Part shown: one piece after another, positions 50,631-64,000 of the stretch
How positions within the stretch are numbered: position 1 is the stretch's first letter
How the letters are laid out: every line of letters starts with the position of its first letter
Origin: the human T2T-CHM13v2.0 reference genome, Homo sapiens
Assembly: GCF_009914755.1 (NCBI RefSeq)
Contig: NC_060943.1
Direction: 5' to 3' (one strand)
DNA length: 64,000 nt
Position numbers and translations under genes: made by a program
Notes under the pieces: generated by a model
Seen by the model: the letters and a program-made list of their open reading frames with translations, nothing else
What the model was told of the DNA's origin: nothing
Databases searched by the model: none

Positions 50631-51116
50631 AGCTCATGCTATCTGGGTCTCCCTCTGACTTTCTAGGTCCTGTCTGAGATTTTGCTCTTTCTGTTCCCCT
50701 CTCTGGGCCTCCCCGTCACCACTCTGTGTATCTCTGGATCCCTGTCCTTCAACCCAGAGCTCTGTCTCTGGACCTCAGTGGCAATCTCTAAATCTCTCTC
50801 CTTCCTCAAGTCAAAAAGTCGACACACTCAGGAGGTTCCCTTGAGTGGCTGAACTACCCCAGGTTGTATAACTCAAGTCTGTTTTCTCAATGTTATCCCT
50901 GACCCTCTGGGTCAACCCTGTTTGAAAATGACAACCTTTGCTGATCTCTACATACTGGTCTGCCAGGGAAGGACCCGTGGTCCACAACCCTGTTCAGAAT
51001 CCCCCATCTCCCTTGGCCAAAATATCCGGCATCTACCAATGGGGCTGTGGCATGAGGGTGTCAATCTCAGGAAAGGAATCTTGAGTCGCCTGGGCCTGCA
51101 GCCCTCGTACTTTCAG

Positions 51117-51298
51117 AACAGAGGTTCTCAGAATTTAATGCGCTTCAGAATTACACTGAGGACTTGTTAAAACATAGTTGCTGGGCCCAGAGTTTCTGAT
51201 TCAGTCTAGGGTGGGGCTCAAAAATGTGCCTTTCAAACAAGTTCCCAGGTGATGGGTACGTGCCTGACCCAAGGCCACATTTCAGAAGCACTGCTCTA
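51117..51298. mobile_element. MER5A-like hAT DNA transposon fragment
   Basis: CAGAGGTTCTCA...GAGTTTCTGATTCAGT...AACAAGTTCCCAGGTGATG...GAAGCACTG. More MER5-like pieces at about 52230-52430. Confidence 0.7.
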
Positions 51299-51882
<584 letters not shown>

Positions 51883-53089
51883 TAATTTAAAAAAATTTTT
51901 TTTTTTTTAAAGTTCCTCAGGTAGGCCAGGCGCAGTGGCTCACGCCTGTAATCCCAGCACTTTGGGAGACTGAGGCGAGCGGATCACCTGAGGTCAGGAG
52001 TTCGACACCAGCCTGGCCAACATGGTGAAACCCCGTCTCTACTAAAAATACAAAAATTAGTCGGGCGTGGTGGCGGGCGCCTGTAATCCCAGCTACTCGG
52101 GAGGCTGAGGCGGGAGAATCACTTGAACCCCGGGAGGCAGAGGCTGCAGTGAGCCTAGATTGTGCCACTGCTCTCCAGCCTGGGGGACAAGAGCAAGTCT
52201 TCGTCTCAACAACAACAACAATAACAACAAGTTCCTCAGGTGACTCTGATGTGCAGCCAAGTTGGAAAGTCATCGCTAGATCCGCGGTGTGCAAAGTGAA
52301 CTGCGGACCGTGGACTGCGGCACTTGTTAGAAAAGCAGAATTTGCATTTTAACACATTCCTAGGTGATTCCGGAGATGTCTGAGAAGCGATACTTTGTCC
52401 AGGGGCCACAGTTTGAATAGCAAAGCTCTAGAACAATAACTCTAGGCTTCATTCCCGTTGTCTGTGTGTGGGCCTACGAATATGCATTTTCGCAAGCATT
52501 CCTCCTCCCCCTTGCCTCAGACCATTCTGATGCGGGTGGTGCTGAACGGCTCCATCCTCCTTCACGTTCACCTCTCCCTGGGATTTATCTTACTTTCCAC
52601 CACCTAGACAGGAAGGGGCGAATCTGGCTTCCCATCTCGGTTGTGTGACCCTGGGCAAATGCCTCCCAGTTCGTGGAAGTCTCAGTGTCTAGTTAAGTTT
52701 TCAATCACAAGTCATTCCTCACATTCATTCATCTATTCCTTTGACAAATGGTTACTGACTACTTCCTGCGTGCTAAGTGCTGGAGATGCAAAATCCAGAC
52801 AGGGAAACCGAATAATTACGAAAATGACGGTAGACGTACAAAAATAAATCCTAACGAACAAGGCGCGCAGGAGCGCTCCGCCCGGGAGGGAGGTCAGGGA
52901 AGTTTTCTCTCCAAGAAGACAACAGAGCTGAGACCTGAAACGAGCAGGCATTAGGGAGCCACCCGTCTCCTCTGTACCTTCTGCAGCGTCCTCAACACAC
53001 TAAGGAAGCGGAGACGCAGAGGAGAATGACTGTCCCACCATCTGGTCGCCTAACCAGGCAGGGGCAGGACAAAAACTCCATGCCTCACG

Positions 53090-54900
53090 CTTCCCAACCA
53101 ATTCTGCTATGCACGGTGCCAGAGACTTAAAGCAGTGTCTCTGGTCCCTTTCTTCTTTCACTCAGCAAATAATGAATTTCAGAGATGTGCCAACATAGAG
53201 GCACTTGGAGAAAGACGAGGCAGCTGAGAGGGAAGCTGCTTACCTGGCCGGGACGCAACGGTTGCGACCAAGTCCCACTTCTGCCAGCTACATACACCCT
53301 CTTTCACACGCTCTACGAGCAGCTACCGCCCACTCGCCACGCTATTGGTCCAACTAGCATGAATGATAACTTTTAGGGCCAACGAAGAAAAAGGGGTGGA
53401 CTTTCTTGCCCAGCTCCTCCCACTTGGCCCTGTGGCTGTTTTGATTGGCAGATGACTTCGGCTCGGCCCCCGCTTTAAAGGCACCTGTCTGTCTCCCATT
53501 AGGTACGCGGCCCCTAACGCCCACACTCCATGCCTTCCTCCGCTTTCCCCACCCACTTCCAGGACCAACCAATGACTTCAAGGCAGAATATGCCCCCGCA
53601 ACCAATTAAAAAGAGCTCTAAACTTGACGGACGACTTCCCGCCCCTGGACTGTCGTAGCTCCTCCCCCAGACCAATTGTTTTAAGAGAGGGGGGCGGATA
53701 CATCCAATCAGCACGACACAGGTCTCTTGATTGACGTTCGGGTCCTCGCGCTGGCGTGTTGTGCCCTGAGGCGGGAGGAGGAGGAGGAGCGGGGAGGAAA
53801 ACCTGAGCCAATCCTAGCAGCCTGCGCGGGAGGCCAATCGAACGCCGCGCCTTGGAGCGATCACCCAATCCGCGAAAGGGGGCAGGGCGCATCCCTGCCA
53901 GGAACCAATAGAAAGCCTCCAAGGGTCAGGAGCGACGTTCAGCGGGAGCAATGACTGGCCTATATTCGGGACTCGGGGGCGGGTCGGCGCCAGAGACGAG
54001 AAGAGAGGAGGGGAGGCCTCCTCCGCCGCCGCCATCTTGGACCGGGCCCGGTCAGCTTCCGCGGAGCCATCGGCAGACGCCGCGGCCTCCCTTGAGCCCC
54101 GACCCCCGTCGTCAGAACAACCCCGGGCCCACTCCCCCAACCCCACTTCCGCTTCGCGCCGCTATCGCGATAGCGCCCGGGCCCGGGGCGCGAGAAAAAG
54201 GCGGCGGGCGCTCGCCTCCCCCGCCTGTCGCGATACGCTCCTCAGCGGCGGCGCCAGCTCCTGTGGTGAGAGCGTCAGGCTCGACTGGGCCGGACCCCTT
54301 CCCTTCCTCCCCCCGGCGCCATCGGCCGCCCTCCCCGCCGCCTCCCGCCCTGGCGACACCGCCGTCTGTCGCGACATGGCCTCCCCTCGCCTGCCCCCTG
54401 CCGCCGCCTCTGCAGCGCGGGGCTCCCGGCGGGGGGCGGCTCCCTCCCTCTCGCCCTCCCGTTCCTGCGCCTCTTTCACGTTCCTCAGCGCCTCCCGGGG
54501 GTCCTTCCGCGACCCGGACCCCGGGCCCCGCCCGCCGCCGCCTCCCCGCGTGGCATCGCGTCGGGCCCCCCGGTAGGGGTGTGAGGGTGCGAAGCCTCCC
54601 GGGCGCGAGGTGCCCGCCCCTCTCCGCGTCGGTATTGGCTCCTGGCTGGAAGGATGGAGGCGCCCCTGGTCCCAGGTGCCCGCCCTCTCGGGGCTCAGGT
54701 GCCTGCCCCCCTCGGCCTCGGTCCTTCGCGTTGTGGGGCAGCCTCCGCGCCGGGGCTTCTCCCTCGACGGTGGCGGGGAGGGGGGGTGGTGGTCGGGACG
54801 AGGACCCCAGCTGGGTGGGGGAGTCACCCTTCCCAGGACCGAGGCCGCCCTCCGCATCCCTCCTCACTGCTCCCGGGAGCGCAGCCTCCCCTGGATCTCA
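53090..54900 (+). promoter_or_regulatory. CNOT3 CpG-island promoter and non-coding exon 1
   Basis: Dense CpG, many CCAAT boxes, YY1 motif GCCGCCATCTTG at 54028-54039, donor TG|GTGAGA at 54266. Confidence 0.85.
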
Positions 54901-57734
54901 GGTTCCAGCTGCCCGTCTGTATCGGATGGGAGCCTCTTGGGAGAGGAGTGGAGGAGAAACTCCCCGTTAGTTGGAGCCTTTGCCGAAGTTTCCACCTCTG
55001 TAGTCTGCAGCTCTTCCCTCTCATAGCGAGTAGCGCCCTGGGTGGCTCCAGCCTCGCCATCCCGCTGCACTGGGCGCCTGCCTTTTTGGGGGAGTTTGGC
55101 TTTCCCCCACCTGGGGTACAGGACCGTCCTCAGTGTGGCCCACGTCTGGTCTCAGCTCTCACACTTCTTTGATCCTGGCGTCTGCCCCTGGCTTTGCAGC
55201 CTTGAACTCCCCTGCATCGTGACTCTCCGACCTTCTGGGTGTGGGCGTCTCCCAGTGATATCAGGACCACTGTGGTCTTGTTGCTGGGGGCTGCTGGGAT
55301 CCCCTGGCGCTCAGGTGCCTGGTGAAAGACACTAAGCCGCCACGCTGTCCATGTTAGTGAGCTCCCACTGCGGGCAGCACCAGCCCCTCTTTCTGAGCAG
55401 TCCCTGCCTCTCAGTGCAGGGCGGCCACCCACCCCGGGGTGAGCTCTCCTGTCCTTTTGGTGAGGGGTTTTGATGTCTCCCCTCCCTCCCTTCACCCCTG
55501 CCTGAGTATGAGGCTTCTTCCATCTTCACACCAGTCTCCTCCTTTAGGGTGTCAGCTCTCCAAGGACCAAGAAGCCCACTGCCCTTGATATTTGCATCAG
55601 ATCCCACACTGTGGGTTTGTTGACTTCCCATCTACCCTTACGCTGGGTGTCAGCAGTTGGAGAACAAGGGTTTCGCCTTCTGGCCCCGCTGCTGGTACCC
55701 CATGAGAGTAGGAAGCTTCCTAGACCCGGGTTCCTGTACTGCGAGGTGGGGGCTCTTCCCTCTGGGGCTGTGCCTTCTCTCCAGGGTAAGGACCCTTTCT
55801 TGGTGTCACCTCCCCCAGGGATAAGGTTCTTGCCATCCTTGGTATTGGTATGGCTGCTTTTCTGGATTTGAGGTGTCCACGCCTCTGCATGTGTCCCCAC
55901 CGTAAGGCTGAGGACCCCTCTCGGATGCAGGTGCCCCCGGCTAATGCTTCCAAAACCCCCTCTTGATTTGTCACTGTATGGGGTAAGGCATAGTTTCCTG
56001 GCTGTGTGGATGTAAGATACCTGAGTCTCAAGCGGGAGACTCCACTGTAGACCCTATCCCTGGGACCAGAGACTTCTCTGGTGTAGACTTTCCAAGGTGG
56101 GAGATTCCAGCCCCCCACCCTTGGCATGGGGCATCTCAGTGGAGATGACTACCTCTACCCCAGGCCCTAACGCATCCTTCTTCTGGAGTCTCAGAGCCTC
56201 TGTGTGGCCACGTCAGCAGCCACCTGGGTTAAGGATCACCCTTCAACATCACTTCTCAGAGCTCCTTGCTGCAGAGGCGGAAGCTCTCCCAGATCAAAGG
56301 TGCCTCATGACAAAGACCACTCTGTGGGCACATGACGGCCCCCAAGGTTAAGGACCACCCGGTGTTAGTTTCCCAGGGCTGACCTCCTGCCCCTCCCTCC
56401 TCGAGTCTTTGTGTGGTGGTATCATCTTCCCTGAGATGAAGTCTGGGGGGCTCTTCTTTACTGGTTTTGGCTCTGATTTTAGCGTGTTGGCTCCTGTGAG
56501 GCTGGTGTCCTGCTCACCTCCCCCCACCCCGCCACCCGCCTTGTGGGTCCCTTCCCTGTGGGGATGTGTGTTCCTCTTGGGTAAGTCTCCTCCTGGGCCG
56601 AGGTTCCCAGATTCCTCAGTGCTCTTGGAGAGCCTTTGCTGCTGGAGCACAGGTTCTTCACGCCTGAGAGTGGACCTGCGATCACCACCTTCCTTGGAGG
56701 ATCTTGGTGGATGCCCCCCTGACTACAGCAAATGGGGCTCTTTCTTCTCTGGCGGCGTCTCTGCTTCGAGACTCAGGCTCCAGCTTCCCTTCTCTCTGGT
56801 CCTTTGCTGGGGGGACCAGAGGTACAGATACCCTCATGATATAGGGATTTTCTTAGCGGGGAAGGTGTTGTCTCTACTGTGGCTAAGGCTCCAGCCTCTC
56901 TAGGGGACAAGTACCCTGGGCCTCTGGCACTTGCCCCTTCTCTGTGGAGGAGCTGCCTCCTCACTGGGTCTCAGCTGTAGCCGACTTCGATGTCACACTG
57001 TTCTGTCTGAAACATCACCTCCCTGGGTTAGCGCTCTTGTTCCCCTCCTCCTGGCTTGTGACCCCTCCAGGACTTCCTTCTCTTGCTGCCACAGTGTGGT
57101 CTCCTGTCTGTGGGTATTCTTCCTCTGCACTAGGATACCAGTCCTTTCCGTGTGGAGACACAGGGAGGGCGTCACCTGCCTAAGGTGTTGATTGCCTTGT
57201 TTAGGGGTGTAGACCATGAGACCTCTTCTCTCTCTGGGCTGGAGCACCTGCCCATGACCCTCTGTTGGGTTCTTGGGATGGAAAGAGGGAGTGTAAACTC
57301 TCGTTTCACATTCTTGTTCCCCCTATGCAGTAAGAGGCTTTTCTGTGTTGGGGTGTTGGACTTTGGTGAGGATCCCTGCACACCTGAGCTCTGGTGTCCA
57401 GGCCCTTGCCTTGTGTGAGCTCCCTGGGTCAAAGAGGCTTTCCCCTCCTCAGCCTGAATCCCCACTGTGGCACCTTCTCCTGGGTCCTTTTGTTGGTTGC
57501 TTTGCCTTCTTAGAGATTCCCCAGGTAGGGCGTGATAGCTGACCTGGGCGGGGGCTGCTGCGGCTTTCTTTAGGTTGGGCCTTTTACTGAGGAGATTTAA
57601 ATTCCCTCAAGTGTAAGGTAGCACCCCTACCTATTATCACCCAGAATGGGTCCCTGCGGTGTTGGGAAAATTCTCCCTGGGGGTAAGGTACCAGCCCTGT
57701 CCTTTATGGGCTTCTTGTTCTAAAGCATATCCGT

Positions 57735-57895
57735 CCCATATGGTTGCTGCTAGTCACATGTGGTGATTAGTAACTAGTTAAAAATGAAAAATTCAGTTCC
57801 TCCATTACACTTGCCACATTTCAGATGTTCAGTGGCCAACAGATATGCGCAAATAGAGTGTTTCCAGCATTGCAAAGTTCTGTTGGATAGCACTG
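57735..57895. mobile_element. MER3/MER33-like DNA transposon fragment in CNOT3 intron 1
   Basis: AAAATTCAGTTCCTC...CCACATTTCAGATGTTCAGTGGCC...AAAGTTCTGTTGGATAGCACTG. Confidence 0.65.
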
Positions 57896-58703
57896 TTTGC
57901 CAGATGTTCCCTTCTTTGTGGGTGAGGACTCTTTTGGTGTGACTTCCCTCTGTATTGAGGCTCTTGTTCCTCAGTATGGGGCTGTTTCTGTCTTTACAGT
58001 AAGTGACTACTCCAGGGTTCCCTGCCCTGCACACGTAGAGTGGGAGCGGCCCGTGGATCCCAGGGAACTGTGCTTTTCATTGTAGGCCCCCTCCCTGGAG
58101 GGGAAGAGGGCAATCTCCGCTGGTATCTCAGAAGTCTTCTTCTGAGGCATAAGCCTCTCTTCCCAGGGCTCCCCTGGTCTCGCTGTCAGGCCCTAAGGTA
58201 TGTCTTCCCTTGGACTAAAGCTCCTTGGAACTCCCTTTTGACCTCAGTCTTCTCTGGGTTCCAGGTAACTTCCTTTAAAATAAAGACGCTCCTCTCTTGA
58301 AGTTTTGGGTTCCTGCCCTGATGGTCTATGTCTCCCTGACTCTAAATTACCAATCCACTTGCTATGGGATTCCTCCGTGAGTGCAGATCGGCTCCCTCAC
58401 AGCTGCGGTACCTTTGCACCCTCTTATCTTAGTAAGATTTCTGTCTTCTCCCAGGTCTCTCTTGGGTACTGCCTTCTGCCCCCAAATCTCTAAGCCTTCT
58501 TGGTATTAGCTTCTTTGGGTTAGGAGTGTTATTTCCTTTTGGTTTAAGGATCCTGCTCTGGAATAAATGTCTTGGTGGTTTGAGTCCCTTCTACTTGGCA
58601 TTCAGCCCTGTCTGCATGAGCGGGTTCAGCTCTTCACAGCTTTCGGCATCTCTGCTCGCCGTCGTTTTCCCCCACCCCCAATCTTTCTTCTCCTACCTAC
58701 AGC

Positions 58704-58705
<2 letters not shown>

Positions 58706-58743
<38 letters not shown>
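58706..58743 (+). repeat. (AC)19 microsatellite, CNOT3 intron 1
   Basis: Perfect dinucleotide run. Confidence 0.95.
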
Positions 58744-58745
<2 letters not shown>

Positions 58746-59239
58746 CCTTCTCTGTGAGCTGCCAGTTTCATTTGTCTCCTGACTTGTCTGAGGGATGACC
58801 TCTCCTAGCCACCTCTGCCCAGCCCCTCTGAGTAGGAAGTGTGATCTCCAGGGCTAATGCCTCCATCCCAGTCATCAGCTGTGTGCAGCATGACTGTCCT
58901 GCTCTGAAAAACCTTTTTGAGTGTATTCTGGGGAGAAGGTACTCCATGCTCTAGGAATTTTCCACTTCCTGAGTCAGAGGCACACAAAAAAGTATGTAAC
59001 TTTTCTTGTTTCAACAAACTTATGGGGTCCCCTGTTGGCCAGACACTATGCTGGGCAGTCAAGCGAGCATCAGGAGAACTGGGGCTGGTCTCTTGTCAGA
59101 TAGCAAATGCTTCTTCTCTTTACCAGTCCCACCTACCTCACTATGCTGACTAGGTCCATGTCTCTGGGTTTTTACCAGCCAGGGAATACGTGTTAATTCC
59201 TCTCCAATCTCTCCTAGCAGCGTCCGTCTCCAAGAGAGT

Positions 59240-59260
59240 ATGAAGAGAGTGCGTCTGTAG
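59240..59260 (+). other. uORF MKRVRL* in the CNOT3 5'UTR
   Basis: ATG AAG AGA GTG CGT CTG TAG inside exon 2, ending 10 nt before the main ATG. Confidence 0.75.
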
Positions 59261-59270
59261 GGCAGGGAAG

Positions 59271-62949
<3,679 letters not shown>

Positions 62950-64000
62950 GTGGGTGTGAGCCTGGACCGGGTGGGCACGCCATTCACTCCTCTGTTGCTT
63001 CCCAAAGGCATCTTGAGGCCTGAGCGCCGGCCACTGTGCTGGGCTGGTGGACACAGGTGGCTCAGAAATCAGTGCTGCCCTGAGGGCAGGTGGGCAGGGC
63101 AAGTGGACAGGTGACTGGTGCTGTGGTCAAGGGGGTAGCACACAGGTCACCCTTGGCCTGGCCAGGCAGTCAGGAGATGCTGCTGTGGAGTGCCCTGGGC
63201 TTCACAGTCAGGTGAGTTTGCCTGGCAGGGAGAGGTGGCAGCCAGTAACATGGGCAAGTTGTGACAGAAAGTTTGGAAGTGAGGAGAGATGAGTCTGTCC
63301 AGGTCTGCAGGGCCAGGGGCCCAACTGTGAGCACAGGGACTGGGACTGTCAGGCTGAGGGGCTCAGGCTTTGTGGACCTGAGTGGCCTCCAGAGTCCAAT
63401 AAGCCTAGGAAGCGATGGGGCCTTTGCTGTGCTGATAATACACACTGCAAATTTCTGAGAGGAGACGGTGGCGGGCAGTGCTTCTTCAACTCCTTTAACA
63501 TCTCCCAGGACAGGAGCACGCTTTCGGAAACGCTGCTACAGAACAATGTTAGGCAGGAGCAGCATGGGCCTGAGGCCCCTCTGTGGGCTAACGGGATGGA
63601 TGGTTCCAAGGGGACACCCTGAGTGGGCATTGAGGAGGCTGGTGTGGAGACTAAGGGGACCCGCAGGTAGTAGTGAGGGCGGGCAACAGGGCCAGGAGGT
63701 GATGAGGAGAGACACTGAGGCAGGTACTCCAGGGGCCAGGCTGGGCTCTGCCACCTTCCCAGGCCCCCACTGCCAAGCAGCGATGCCCAGGAGAGAAGTG
63801 GGTAGTCAGTCCTGTTGGGCGCTTGGTAAGCGCAAGGTGCCTGTGGGGTGGCTGGAAAGAAGCCCAGGAGGTGGTTAGGCTCAGCAGCCCGAGTGCTGTC
63901 CGCAGATTGCCTGCGGTAGGGATACCATGAGCACATTTACCCTCCCACCACTTTCTGGAGTGCTGGTAACTTCCAGCCCTGTGAGTAGCTTCTGTGACCC

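Noticed and set aside
48355-50666. 590-766-aa ORFs on both strands (REG-rich and SLP-rich)
   Set aside because: They arise because a C/T repeat lacks stop codons in all frames; no promoter, exon structure or domain.
53236-53250. CTTACCTGG resembling the U1 snRNA 5' end
   Set aside because: No further U1 homology; it is simply a minus-strand splice-donor consensus.
53951-54970. 339-aa Pro/Arg-rich ORF and overlapping antisense ORFs
   Set aside because: Stop-codon depletion in a CpG island; the ORF crosses the CNOT3 exon 1 donor and has no recognisable domain.

Overview
Human genomic DNA, recognisably the chr19q13.42 gene cluster next to the leukocyte receptor complex. I reconstructed exons by hand from GT/AG boundaries and reading frame. 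Five genes are present: OSCAR (-, complete), NDUFA3 (+, complete, 84 aa), TFPT (-, complete, 253 aa), PRPF31 (+, complete, 499 aa) and the 5' part of CNOT3 (+, exons 1-10, running off the window). OSCAR/NDUFA3 and TFPT/PRPF31 are head-to-head, and NDUFA3/TFPT are tightly tail-to-tail. The rest is very Alu-dense, with MaLR/ERV LTRs, MER DNA-transposon fragments, MSR1 minisatellites, a 56-bp VNTR in PRPF31 intron 13 and a 2.2-kb polypyrimidine VNTR between PRPF31 and CNOT3. Nearly all ORFs in the supplied track are Alu- or repeat-derived artefacts. This is a well-studied locus and I found no new multi-gene system. The best leads are repeat-gene interactions and splicing or translation control: a stop-free in-frame OSCAR intron, an MSR1-encoded OSCAR tail, an LTR-donated polyA site, an Alu-seeded VNTR of latent splice donors, a duplicated TFPT donor, and a CNOT3 uORF plus re-splicing junction.
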